The notes beneath the pieces were generated by a model that saw nothing but the letters and a program-made list of their open reading frames with translations, had not been told where the DNA came from and made no database searches. A stretch of 64,000 nt of DNA from Antedon mediterranea (Eukaryota > Animalia > Echinodermata): positions 11,988,101-12,052,100 of the forward strand of contig NC_092677.1 of assembly GCF_964355755.1 (NCBI RefSeq), in the 5' to 3' direction. Below, one piece after another: positions 28,201 to 39,169 of this stretch (the stretch's first letter is position 1; each line of letters begins with the position of its first letter). Position numbers and translations under genes: made by a program.

Positions 28201-31068
28201 GAGTTGCTTTGAATTAACCGGATTCAACGATTTTACAGGAAAAGTGGGTAAAAATAACGCTTTAAAATAGTTAAAATCTGCAATCGTTGAAGTTAAATCA
28301 TCAGTTGTAACTCTAGTATGCATGATTCAGCCAAACTCCATTATATATGCATGCTATATTCTAGTAGTGTAAACATAACTACTGTATACAATTTACACAG
28401 ATTTTTAAATACCTTTAAGAATATTGTCCAAAACTATGTTTAAACAATATTTTTCCATTACATTAACTACAATTGATGCTTTTCCATAACATAAACAACT
28501 AATAATCAATGTGTTACATATTTCTTAAATAAATTCATAAATAAGTCATTTGATTGGACGATTGTAGGTCACATGGCGTGCACTATTAAATGGTCATTTA
28601 ATAGTACTTTTAAGCGTTTGGAAAATATTTTTTATGCTATTGCTTTTGAAATACAACGCACCACCTACAGGTATTTTGTAATTTTGCCGCAAAGATTGAA
28701 TGTTATGACTGAGATGTGTACTAATTGAGATCAAAAAGGCATTTAAATTAGCTTTAGATCATTTGTATGATTTTGATTAATTAATGGGAACATCTCTACA
28801 AGACATGGAATCGTTCAAAAAAACATAATTAGCCTAGATGAGTTCCAGCCTGTTGAAGTTTCGTATTTGGTATTGCTGCCTTTCAGCTTAGCTAGTAGGC
28901 CTAGAGTGTTAGCCCTAGGCTCCTGTACATATTCTATTATTTATATTATCACATTGTTTTCAATTCGGTTAAATCGCATGCAAACAATTCTTTTGAACAA
29001 TTTAATGTAAGAGTTACGGAATGATTGATTCACAATTCCATATATGACAGGATTCATTGCGCAATTCAAGTATAAGAACACCACTGTCATGTAAAAGTTA
29101 TACGAACATGCCGGTTTGTCCAAGAGGTCGTAGTAAGCTTCATAGATAAAATTACCAAAGTAAGGAAGTAGAGATATAGTAAACGCACCAAGAATAGACG
29201 CTGTTGTGCGCACTGCCTTGAAGTTGTACCTGGCAGATTCTATCTGACGAAACTGCCTGCGGGCTTCAAGATATACACAAGTGTGACAACCATAGACTGG
29301 GATAAACTAGTTTGACAAAAAAGTTTGATGTGTCCAAATATGGTAGTGATCTGACATCATCATGTCCATATATGTGCACATCATATTTTTGGGCACATAA
29401 AGTTTGATAGTGTAGACAGAGTTTAACAAGGTTACACATTTGCAGTAAAACTTGATTTTTACCTTTTATATTTAAATTAAATGCACATTTTCATTAATTA
29501 CAGGGTTTTTCGGAACTTCCGCTTCTCGAAAACTATAACCTAAAACAGCAGCCCTACAACAACTTAAAAGACAAGTTTCCATGGTTACCAGCATCTGGCC
29601 TGAGGCTTTTAAACATGCTGTTTATGTATGACCCAAAGAAAAGGTAAATCTAAGTGGTAACTTTGTACTTGTGATTTTAAGTTTGTCCACCAGAAAAAAA
29701 CTTTTTTTTAACAACAATTTTTATTGCGCATCTCAATACGGTACAAATGAATAACCGAAATGAAAGTGTTTTTATTTATGTATGCAATTAATACTTTATA
29801 TGTTTTGTTTGATGTTACAGGGCCACAAGTTTAGAATGTCTCCAAAACTCATATTTCAAGGAACCTCCACTTCGTAAGTATTATTATAATAACATTATAA
29901 TAAATCTATAAATAGATTTTAATTATTGCTTTGATCTTCTCAGCCTTGTACCTATTTTATTGTATTTTAAATATGTTTGCCTGGAAATTTTGTTTTATAC
30001 AGTATTTGAATAAACTTTTAAATGGAATTATATATTTTGTTATACTTTTTATATTATAATGTAAATTTGGCGCAGTTCAGATTTTTCTGCAATGCCACTA
30101 TTTTTAATAAACCAGAAAAAAAAAGTTGAGAGAGGAGTTTTATTTATAAAAATCTGTGTCTTGCCATAGTTGTGATACACTTATTTTGTATTATATCTAT
30201 AATATCACCTACATTCCTGTGGGTCAAATGGCGTTCAATAGAAGGTATTATATAACACCTAAATAAATTCCTGTCATTTGACTGAATGATTGTGGGTCAC
30301 ATGGCGTGCAATGGTACGCACTATTAAACGATAGTTTAATAGTATATGATCTTGTCCATATATTATATGGGCACATCACATTTTTTGTCACATAAATTTT
30401 GATAGTGTAGACAAAGCTTTACTCTATGCTCATCTTTTTCTATTCCAGCTTGTGATCCCAAACTAATGCCAACCTTTCCACACCATAGAAATAAACGAAA
30501 ATCATCACATAGACCAGAGAATAGGTAAATATTTTGAATTGCAGTAATTTACCCAACCAACCATAAAGCTTGGTTCCCACTAGAACGCAACGTAACGCGG
30601 CGACGTATCGACGCTAAGTGCTGTATTGTGTAATCACAAGTGGGAACCGACGACATAACAGTGCTGCAAACATTGCTATGGGAAATCAAATCAGTTTGAT
30701 TTCACGCTAACAACGCTAAGCAAAAGAATACCGAAAAACATAGTACAGCGCATACTCAATAATACGCGGGGTGAACCAGGTCAACGGCATACTAACATTG
30801 ACGCGTAACAAGCAGCTTTGATTACACGCAGGCAGAGGCATACATAATTAAGGGTATTTTGTTACGTTGCATGGGTTGCGTTACGTTTCGTCACTAGCGG
30901 GAACCACGCTTAAGCAATGCACTGATATACTTGCCCTCTGGGTTGCTCCACTTTACATTATGAGTTATGAATTTGTCATCCAGAATTACAGCTCAAATAA
31001 ACATACTTATAATAGTATTTATTTGACAAGTTATTTTAAAATATACATTATTTTTCAGGAGCAAGTAA
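19265..31068 (+). CDS. CDK10: Cyclin-dependent kinase 10; 12 exons, about 363 aa
   Basis: Exons 19265-19283, 19626-19714, 19885-19957, 20288-20359, 20636-20738, 21123-21325, 21789-21918, 22347-22470, 29504-29643, 29821-29873, 30449-30524, 31059-31068. Motifs [100 protein letters not shown]. Confidence 0.97.
20756..20928. mobile_element. Tc1/mariner (pogo/Tigger-like) MITE
   Basis: TA|CAGTAGAACCCCTATTAAGGGACAC ... GTGTCCCAACAGAGGGGTTCTGCTG imperfect TIRs; related fragments near 9430-9530 and 60270-60380. Confidence 0.7.
21419..21697 (+). mobile_element. Degenerate CORE-type tRNA-derived SINE
   Basis: Decayed tRNA-like head, CORE-like TGTATCCTTAGGCAAGATACTTTAC...CTCTCTCTATCCAGGTGTGTAAATGTGTACC, L2-like tail GCTCTATATAAAAATG followed by (ATT)n. 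Confidence 0.65.
22806..22878 (+). pseudogene. tRNA-like sequence (pseudo-tRNA or SINE head), AGT anticodon
   Basis: A box TGGTCTAGAGG; anticodon arm CCAGG-CTAGTGA-TCTGG; T arm GTGGG-TTTGAGT-CCCAC (TTC changed to TTT); only 5 of 7 acceptor-stem pairs. Confidence 0.6.
23099..23948. repeat. 37-bp tandem array (about 23 units) with an internal inverted block
   Basis: Unit AGACGGTGCCTGTCTATTGGTACCTGCTAGTATATAT, near-identical copies with no spacers; 23641-23701 is in reverse orientation. Confidence 0.97.
24022..24346 (+). mobile_element. tRNA-derived SINE with Deu/Nin-like central domain and (AAAC)n tail
   Basis: A box TGGCCGAGCGG; B box-like GTTCGAGGC; core TCTCGGATAAGGACTATAAACCGTAGGTCC...TTAAAGAACC...GAGTAGGGGGTTACCCCGGTGT resembles the recalled AmnSINE1/DeuSINE domain. 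Confidence 0.8.
24562..24810 (+). repeat. Two diverged ~120-bp tandem units immediately upstream of the intronic GPCR
   Basis: CTAATGAG..GATTTTAAT...GTTAATTAGATGACATG..AATTAGTGT...TATTCCTTTG occurs twice (about 24562-24680 and 24681-24810). Confidence 0.7.
24950..25831 (+). CDS. Intronless class A (rhodopsin-family) GPCR, 293 aa, nested on the same strand in CDK10 intron 8
   Basis: Seven hydrophobic segments; N-glycosylation sequon NET; TM1 GN, TM2 [10 protein letters not shown]3 ERY, TM6 FTISLLP, TM7 NPVIY, helix 8 FRNSY. ATG at 24950. Confidence 0.88.
   Translation: MFNETEEFRFICYLPVGIATLVFLITLIVLFGNCTAIISVMLTKDLQKPCYIILASVSVVDLFTAFWTIVGLIHWLSTGQYYFTEAALGNLVFEMLCQLVAFSYFHHIILTCERYLAILYPYKYVAHVDNCVVGKVLIGSWVLWIFMGFICVIVTDSALDYLVAVQVFFFAVCIPVYGCHTCVYLEACRQFRQIESAKNNFKAVRTTASILGAFTISLLPYFGNFIYELYYDLLDKPVCSYNFYMTVVFLYLNCAMNPVIYGIVNQSFRNSYIKLFKRIVCKRFNRIENNVII
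26165..26830 (+). mobile_element. Decayed 3' fragment of a CR1/L2-group LINE (RT C-terminal region)
   Basis: Frame-broken translation [79 protein letters not shown]. Confidence 0.8.
27775..27828 (+). other. Duplicated CDK10 intron 8 acceptor plus first 6 codons of exon 9
   Basis: TTTAAATTAAATACACATTTTCATTAATTACAG|GGGTTTTCTGAACTTCTG matches 29471-29521 TTTAAATTAAATGCACATTTTCATTAATTACAG|GGTTTTTCGGAACTTCCG. Confidence 0.85.
28920..29304 (-). pseudogene. 5'-truncated inverted copy of the 3' part (TM5 to C-terminus) of the intronic GPCR
   Basis: Reverse complement aligns without gaps to about 25469-25851 with scattered substitutions ([21 protein letters not shown]...NPVIY...RIENNVII*); truncated at a family A MITE. 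Confidence 0.9.
29305..29424. mobile_element. MITE family A, partial, at the breakpoint of the inverted GPCR fragment
   Basis: AACTAGTTTGACAAAAAAG...GACATCATCATGTCCATATATG...TTTGATAGTGTAGACAGAG. Confidence 0.7.
30350..30420. mobile_element. MITE family A, right-end fragment
   Basis: TGTCCATATATTATATGGGCACATCACATTTTTTGTCACATAAATTTTGATAGTGTAGACAAAGCT. Confidence 0.6.
30567..30910. mobile_element. PIF/Harbinger-type MITE
   Basis: TIRs AGCTTGGTTCCCACTAG / CTAGCGGGAACCACGCT, TAA target duplication on both sides, subterminal (AACGY)n repeats. Confidence 0.8.
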
Positions 31069-31540
31069 TAAGCACGAGCCCAAAGCAGAAACACCAATAA
31101 AATATACATAAATACATACATTGTAAAAACTGTTTTTCGGCACACTAAAATAATATATATATTTATTTACATGTTAGCAGTTCATAATACAAATTTCTGC
31201 ACATTTCGTCAACTTACACTGTACTAATAAACTACAAAAAAATTGTGGCTTTATATATATCGTCAGGTAACTTCTTATTTTATGATTTTTCTTGTCTTCT
31301 TGTATAGGCCTAATAGGTATGAAGAGTTTGGAAAATCTTTTGGGATGAATCCAATAAAGAAGAACAAAAGGTGACATGATAGATGAAGAAACACTCACAC
31401 TAAAAAGAGTGAAAGGTGAGACGTCAAAAAGAACATGTTGAAGTTACTTTAAATATTTTAACAAAATAGAAACACATACTATATCAACTAATACCCCTTT
31501 CACACTATAAATATTTGTGAAAACTTAATAATTTTGTTTT

Positions 31541-31645
31541 AAAGCTCTGTTTACACTATCAAACTTTATGTGACAAAAAAATGTGATGTGACTACCATAT
31601 TTTGTCATTTACTACTAAATTTGGGTACATCACACTTTTTTTTCT
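31541..31645. mobile_element. MITE family A, left-end fragment
   Basis: AAGCTCTGTTTACACTATCAAACTTTATGTGACAAAAAAATGTGATGTG. Confidence 0.65.
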
Positions 31646-32451
31646 ACCGAGTTGTAACCTTCATAGATTCAAGTTTTCAATTGACCAATCATAGATGACT
31701 TGTTTAATTTAAACTGCACTTACAACTAATACTGTCATGTTGTAGTTTCAGTTTATTTGATAATAAAAAGGAATAAATACAAAAATCAACTTAGTGGTTT
31801 ATTAGGATTTTTTTGTTGTCATTTATTGAATTAGATTATCATAAATATACATATATTAAAGAGGGCACTCCGTGAGTGTATACATCCGCCTACAGTGTAA
31901 TTCCTCTGCATAAAACTTCCCCCTAAAATTTATTTTGCTGTGGTAAGCTTGATATTTGATCTAGGCATATGAAAATTGAATTACATACAGCTATGAAACC
32001 AACCCTTTAAAAACTTTTTTTGTAATCCAGCTAACAAATATAGAAAGAAACGCACACACCCGATTGACCTAATAACCTGTACAATCTGTACAAAAGAAGA
32101 TAGAGATTGATTCAGATTGGTCCCAAATGGCGACCAGTCGACACGGATTATCCAATTTACGACTTTTGACGTCATATTTGATAGAAATGGCAATTCTTCA
32201 AATTCTCTTCTACTTGAAATCACCATGCATAGTAGACTTTCCCAATTAGTTAGTTATTGTCTTGGTAGTAGTAGTTTTAGTTGTGTGCGTTTTGATGCGA
32301 TTCCAGCTCAAATATTATACGTGTGAAATGCCAAGTGCGCCAAAATGTTTATCATTTTACCAATATTAAGTCCTAGACTTAAAGTGTAAGCGCACATATA
32401 TATGACAGTGCGCTATATAAATCGTTGTAGCCTTCAGACAAAAAGTAGAAT

Positions 32452-33306
32452 TTACTTTTGTATAATCCTGAAAATAAGTTGTTTAAATGATTTACGAAAA
32501 TGCGACTGCATTACTCCGTAAATGAATGGATTCACCACTGCATTTGCGTTGAATAAGTTAGAAGTGAAATAAAACATAGTTTTGCAACGAATAATGTTGT
32601 AATCAGTTCCTAAGTTAACTGCGTAGAAGATTCCTATTGGTAGAACACAGATACTAAACGCTATCAATATGATGGATGTTATTTTTGCTGCTTTGAAATC
32701 TTTTGTTATCTTATTATGAACAGTTAGTGACGAAATCCTACGCGCAGACTTCCTTGCTTCAAGGTATATCCGAATATGAAAAAATATTACTGTGACATAT
32801 CCTAATACCAACAGTGTTACATTTACTACTAGATTACTATCCGAAGAATAAATGTGAAAATACACAAGTAAACTAAAAAATGGCAGTAAAATACTCCATA
32901 CACAGATAAGAAATAATATAACCGATTTATTGTTGATTTTTATTGTATAGTAGAATGGATAGAATATAGCAAAATACCGTTCTCCTGCTAAGATAATGTG
33001 GTGGACCATTGTCATCACATGTAGAATAGCACCAAAACTGTAAGTTAGCCATCCGTTGGAGGCTCTAAAATTGTATAGTTGTCCCGTAGATCCCCAATCA
33101 AGAGCAACCCATATTCCACGAAATCCAGTCAATGTATCCAAAACCGATAAACTTGCCAGAATGATATAGCACGGTTGTTGAAGTGCGCGAGTGGAATATA
33201 TAGCATACAACACTGCAAGATTTCCAAATATTGTACATGTAGTTATAGCAACCGATAAAACAAAGAAATGTATTGGAAAATCACAATTTGTTTCGTTGGA
33301 GATCAT
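32452..33306 (-). CDS. Intronless class A GPCR, tandem copy 1 (284 aa), putative chemoreceptor
   Basis: MISNETNC start shared with paralogues; TM1 GN, LASLSVLD, ERY, FSICVLP, NPFIY. Confidence 0.9.
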   Translation of the reverse strand: MISNETNCDFPIHFFVLSVAITTCTIFGNLAVLYAIYSTRALQQPCYIILASLSVLDTLTGFRGIWVALDWGSTGQLYNFRASNGWLTYSFGAILHVMTMVHHIILAGERYFAIFYPFYYTIKINNKSVILFLICVWSILLPFFSLLVYFHIYSSDSNLVVNVTLLVLGYVTVIFFHIRIYLEARKSARRISSLTVHNKITKDFKAAKITSIILIAFSICVLPIGIFYAVNLGTDYNIIRCKTMFYFTSNLFNANAVVNPFIYGVMQSHFRKSFKQLIFRIIQK

Positions 33307-34385
33307 TGTGTTTTTAGCAGAATAATTTATGTAATTCTTTTTACAACTTCTTAAGATGTTTAGCGTAAACAAATTGAAAGAGGCCGTACTGGAACTGACG
33401 CGTACTGGATACCTGCCAATCACGTGATAACGTTTGATGACTCGGTACCAAATATGTCCACAATCCTCGGGCCTTCTGATCAATCAACTTGGTAGTTTCC
33501 CGTGTCTGAATATTAAAAGCTGTTATTTAGACGGTTATTGGGCCGCCCATTTTTTAAAGATGTTCGTCGTTATCTGCGTAGGCCTAGTAGTGGCAGCAAC
33601 AGTTGTTACAGGAGACTAAACCTTGTTGATTCTTTGAAAATGCTGTTATATAATTGTGTCGACTTCTTCTCTTTAAAAGCTCTTGGCATTTATATAACGT
33701 CACTGTTACTTGGGTCATCATGGCGCTCTTGCCAATCGATTGACGCGCAAACTAAAAATAATTTTAGAATATAATTGACAGATGATATGCAATACTTCAC
33801 AGTAATAACTACATATTATTTGATATTTGAAAATACATAATAACAGTGGAATATGATCACTAATGGCTAATTAAATCACATCACTTATATTGTGTAACGA
33901 AACACCATTTGTACAGGAGTGCAATATAACCACAAAATGTGAAAGAAAGACATTTTCAAAATGATTGACAGAAAATAAATTGACGTGTTTGTATTATATG
34001 CAATATCTATAATCAATCATGTTAAAATTATCGTCCATCATACATTGGCGACCCAACATTTGGATCGGTTTAAGACGGACACAGACATTGTGTCTATTTT
34101 TCCCCAACTTGTTGATTGACCCAAACATTGTGACCACACACTTTATGTTATTTTACCAGACTATTAATAAATATCCCAGACTTATAAAGCGCCTAATGTT
34201 GTGAAACCTATATAGCTCTGTACATACAAACTGGTAGAGGAAAAAACAGCTAAACCCAAACCCTCGTCGCTCATGGTTCAGTCTAAATTGAAACCTGGTT
34301 ACCACCAGTTGTGTCTCGTTCATGCGGGACGCGGGCGCCTCCTTCTTAGTAAAGGAATCTCTGTATGTATTAGTGAACATGTTAT

Positions 34386-35240
34386 TTACTTTTGTATGAG
34401 CTTGAAAACGAGTTGTTTAAATGATTTACGAAAATGCGACTGCATTATTCCGTAGATAAATGGATTCACAACTGCATTTGCGTTTAGTAAATTAGACGTG
34501 AAGTAAAACATAGTTTTGCAACGGATAATGTTGTAATCAGTTCCTAAGTTAACTGCGTAGAAGATTCCAACAGGTAGAACACAGATACTAAACGCTATCA
34601 ATATGATGGATGTTATTTTTGCTGCTTTGAAGTCGTTTTTTATCTTATTATGAACAGTTAGTGACGAAATCCTACGGGCAGACTTCCTCGCTTCAAGATA
34701 AATCCGAATATGACAAAATATTACCGTAACATAAGCTATTGCCAACATTATTAAATTTACCATGAGACCATTATCCGGTGAATAAATTCTTAAATACATA
34801 AGTAAACAGAAGGGTGGGAAAAATGTAATCCATACACAGATAAGAAATATTACAACCGATTTATTGTTGACTTTTATTGTATAGTAAAATGGATAGAATA
34901 TAGCAAAGTACCTTTCTCCTGCTAAGATAGCGTGATGAATCAGTGTCGCCATATGTAATATAGATCCAAAGCTGTAAGTTAACCATCCGTTGGAGGTTCT
35001 AAAATTGAACAATTGTCCAGTAGATCCCCAATCGATAGCAACCCATATTCCACGAAATCCAGTCAATGTATCTAAGACTGATAAACTTGCCAGAATGATA
35101 TAGCACGGTTGTTGAAGTGCGCGAGTGGAATATATGGCATACAACACTGCAAGATTTCCAAATATTGTACATATTGTTATAGCAACCGATAAAACAAAGA
35201 AATGTATTGGAAAATCACAATTTGTTTCGTTGGAGATCAT
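34386..35240 (-). CDS. Intronless class A GPCR, tandem copy 2 (284 aa)
   Basis: Full ORF with the same motifs as copy 1. Confidence 0.9.
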   Translation of the reverse strand: MISNETNCDFPIHFFVLSVAITICTIFGNLAVLYAIYSTRALQQPCYIILASLSVLDTLTGFRGIWVAIDWGSTGQLFNFRTSNGWLTYSFGSILHMATLIHHAILAGERYFAIFYPFYYTIKVNNKSVVIFLICVWITFFPPFCLLMYLRIYSPDNGLMVNLIMLAIAYVTVIFCHIRIYLEARKSARRISSLTVHNKIKNDFKAAKITSIILIAFSICVLPVGIFYAVNLGTDYNIIRCKTMFYFTSNLLNANAVVNPFIYGIMQSHFRKSFKQLVFKLIQK

Positions 35241-36150
35241 TGTGTTTTAGTAGAGTAAGACAGTTATCTTCTTAAGGTGTTTAGCGTTAATGTGGAGAAA
35301 GAGCCGGTGCATCAGGCCAATACTGAATCTTCTCGCACGTGATATATTTGTAGTCGCTACAACAACTAAGTAAGTCTCTACGCGTAGTACAGATTAAGAT
35401 TTTTTTTAGTCTCGTGCAAACGTGATTCAACAGCTCACTATGTCGATCGGTTGTTCGGTCGGTAAACACTAACTCAAATTTGCGCACGCGACTGTAGCTA
35501 TGTATATGGTCTTGTTGAAGATGCTTGTTGAACTACAGTGAGCAACAGTAGGCCTACAGAGTGACAGTCTTATTTGAATCTTGTTGACCACTTCTGTTAT
35601 TTTTAATATGGTTGTGTTTGGTTAGCTTTCTCTTTATGACATACAATACTTCACTAATAATAAATACTTATCTAATATTAAAGAAACTTTACGACAGTGA
35701 ACTTGTCGTGCACGATCGATAAAATATAATTTTATAAGCTAATACATCTCTTGCGAAATACGGTACCAACAGAAACACAATATTACAATCAAAAATAATT
35801 GTATGATTGACAGAACAAACAAAATTGGCATTTTTACGATATTGTATCAATTGTTTGCACTTTGTATGATCAAGCACATTGGTAAATGCGATTTTAATAC
35901 AAACTGTGGCCATTCAATGTCCAAGTGCAATAGTTGGTATAACGCACAGGCGGATTCACAATTCAATTGTTTAGGTCCTCGACCCGACACCACCCCTCCT
36001 CGATCCTCTATTTCAAATTATGGATCCATTACTATAAAGTTCCACAGAAATTACTCAGGTAAAGTAGTTATAGCCATAACATTTAAATAATGACTATTAT
36101 GATAAACGGGGTGACCAACACCATTTTGTGTACAAGTTTGTGTAGATTAT

Positions 36151-37005
36151 TTACTTTAGTATGAGCTTGAAAATAAGTTGTTTAAATGATTTACGAAAAT
36201 GCGACTGCATTATTCCGTAGATAAATGGATTCACAACTGCATTTGCGTTTATTAAATTAGACGTGAAGTAAAACATAGTTTTGCAACGGATAATGTTGTA
36301 AGCAGTTCCTAAGTTAACTGCGTAAAATATTCCTATTGGTACCAGACTGACACTAAACGCTACTAATATTATGGATGTTATTTTTGCTGCTTTGAAATCG
36401 TTTTTTATTTTATTATGAACAGTTAGTGACGAAATCCTACGGGCAGACTTCCTCGCTTCAACATAAATCCGAACATGAAAAAATATTACTACTACATAAG
36501 CAATTGTAAACATTGTGAAATTTACCATGAGACCATTATCCGGTGAATAAATTCTTAAATACATAAGTAAACAGAAGGGTAGGAAAAATGTAATCCATAC
36601 ACAGATAAGAAATATTAGAACCGATTTATTGTTGACTTGTATTGTATAGTAAAATGGATAGAATATAGCAAAGTACCTTTCTGCTGCTAAGATAACGTGA
36701 TGAATCAGTGTCGCCATATATAATATGGCACCAAAGCTGTAGTTTAGCCACCCGTTAGAGGTTCTAAAATTGTATAGTTGTCCCGTAGATCCCCAATCGA
36801 TAGCAACCCATATTCCACGAAATCCAGTCAATGTATCCAAAACCGATAAACTTGCCAGAATGATATAGCACGGTTGTTGAAGTACGCGAGTGGAATATAT
36901 AGCATAAAACACTGCAAGATTTCCAAATATTGTACATATTGTTATAGCAACCGATAAAACAAAGAAATGTATTGGAAAATCACAATTTGTTTCGTTGGAG
37001 ATCAT
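36151..37005 (-). CDS. Intronless class A GPCR, tandem copy 3 (284 aa)
   Basis: Full ORF; TM6 variant FSVSLVP. Confidence 0.9.
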   Translation of the reverse strand: MISNETNCDFPIHFFVLSVAITICTIFGNLAVFYAIYSTRVLQQPCYIILASLSVLDTLTGFRGIWVAIDWGSTGQLYNFRTSNGWLNYSFGAILYMATLIHHVILAAERYFAIFYPFYYTIQVNNKSVLIFLICVWITFFLPFCLLMYLRIYSPDNGLMVNFTMFTIAYVVVIFFHVRIYVEARKSARRISSLTVHNKIKNDFKAAKITSIILVAFSVSLVPIGIFYAVNLGTAYNIIRCKTMFYFTSNLINANAVVNPFIYGIMQSHFRKSFKQLIFKLILK

Positions 37006-37779
37006 TGTATTTTAGTAGAGCAAGTCAGTTATGTGGAGAAAGAGCCTCTACACTAGGCCAATCATACTGAATGTTCTTCTTGGACGTGATATGTTTGTCG
37101 TCTCTGCAACTGAGTATCCGTAAAATGCAGGTTAACATTTTCCTTTTCAAGTTGTTTCTGTACAGCTCTACAGTGTGCAACAGTTCAGAGAGTGACAATC
37201 TTATTTGAATCTTGTTGCTGTTATTTTAAATACGGTTGTGTTTGGTTAGCTTTCTCTTTATTACATACAGTACTTCACTGTAACACGCCTACTTACAAAT
37301 AATAATCTAATATTAACGAAACTTTAGGACAGTGAACTTGTGTCGCTCACGATCGATAAAATGTAATTTTCTAAGCTAATAAATCTCGAAATACTATATC
37401 AACAGAAACACAATATTAAAATCACAAACAATTGTACGATTGACAGAAGAAAGTAAATTGTCATTTTTACGATATTGTATCAATTTCGTGCCTTTTGTAA
37501 TAACTGTGTGCTGCACTTTATATGCCCAAGCACATTGGTAACTGCGATTATTACAAGGTGTGGCCATCCAATGGTCTACAAGTGCAATAGTTGGTAATAA
37601 AGGCACAGGCAGATCCGGAGAGAGGAGAAGGTCCTCTCCTCCACCTAATCCAAACGAAGGTCATGAGCACTTCACTTTACAGTACGATTGTTTAGGTCCT
37701 CGACCCAACACCACCCCTCTTCTATTTCAAAATTCTGGATTCATCCTTGTAAAGTACCACAGAAATGACCAGATAATGA

Positions 37780-38160
37780 ATGAGTGTGGCCGAGCGGTTA
37801 AGACAGTGGAACCGTAATCCATAGCCATAACATCGGCAAGGGTTCGAGGCAATGGTTCTGGTGGTAGAAAAAGTTTTCTTGGACAAGGACTATAAACCGT
37901 AGGTCCAGTGTACATCTGGCTCATGTGCACTTTAAAGAACCTAGTACATCTTTCGAGACGAGTAGGGGGGTTACTACGGTATACTAGTTCATACACACAC
38001 ACTGTCGTAGACAGACGTAATGGCGCCGTAGTTGGCTGCCGATGACACGATGGGACCCTTGGGGGAGAAGAATGTTGTTAATAAGGTGTAACATCTTAGT
38101 CCACGGCGCCTTTGATCACTTGTTGCTGGAATTGGCGCTTTAAAAATTCGTATATACTAT
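37780..38160 (+). mobile_element. Second Deu-domain SINE, with an L2-like tail
   Basis: Head and core match 24030-24240. Tail GGCGCCTTTGATCAC...GGAATTGGCGCTTTAAAAATT. Absent from the paralogous spacer positions near 36060 and 39812. Confidence 0.8.
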
Positions 38161-38315
38161 ATCTCGAGAGTTAACAAGACCACTGGTTATATTAATAAAT
38201 ACACCACCACTAGAGTCGAATACATACATACATAAAATAGTCACAAACATAACATTTATGTGAATAAATAAACGGGGTGACCAAGATCAGTTTGTGTAAA
38301 GATTTTGCAGATTAT

Positions 38316-39169
38316 TTACTTTAGTATGAGCTTCAAAATAAGTTGTTTAAATGATTTACGAAAATGCGACTGCATTATTCCGTAGATAAATGGATTCACG
38401 ACTGCATTTGCAATAAATAAATTTGCAGTAAGATAGAACATAGTTTTGCAACGGATAATGTTGTAATCAGTTCCTAAGTTAACTGCGTAGAAGATTCCAA
38501 CAGGTAAAACACAGATACTAAACGCTATCAATATGATGGATGTTATTTTTGCTGCTTTGAAATCGTTTTTTCTCTTATTATGAACAGTTAGTGACGAAAT
38601 CCTACGCGCAGACTTCCTCGCTTCAACATAAATCCGAATATGACAAAATATTACTGTGACATATGGTATTCCCAACATTATTACATTTATAATTAGACTA
38701 TTATCTGGTGAATAGATTTGAAAATACATAAGTAAACTGGAGGTGGGCACTAAAGTACTCCACACACAAATAAGAAATATTACAACCGATTTATTGTTGA
38801 CTTTTATTGTATAGTAGAATGGATAGAATATAGCAAAGTACCTTTCTGCTGCTAAGATAACGTGATGTACCATTGTCATCATATGTAGGACAATTCCAGA
38901 GCTGTAAGTTAACCATCCATTACAGGTTTTAAAATCGTATAGTTCTCCAGTAGATCCCCAATCGAATGCAACCCATATTCCACGAAATCCAGTCAATGTA
39001 TCCAAAACCGATAAACTTGCGAGAATGATAATCACGGTTGTTGAAGTGCGCGAGTGGAATATATAGCATACAAAACTGCAAGATTACCGAATATTGTACA
39101 TGTAGTTATAGCAACCGATAAAACAAAGAAATGTATTGGAAAATCACAATTTGTTTTGTTGAAATCCAT
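38316..39169 (-). pseudogene. GPCR tandem copy 4 with a -1 frameshift near 39030
   Basis: ATG at 39169 (MDFNKTNCDFPIHFF). Span is 854 nt versus 855 in paralogues; plus strand reads AATGATAATCACGG instead of AATGATATAGCACGG. A sequencing error cannot be excluded. Confidence 0.8.

Noticed and set aside
33307-33483. 59-aa N-terminal extension of GPCR copy 1 in the ORF track
   Set aside because: Paralogues start at the MISNETNC-equivalent ATG, and the extension overlaps the conserved CCAAT/E-box region.
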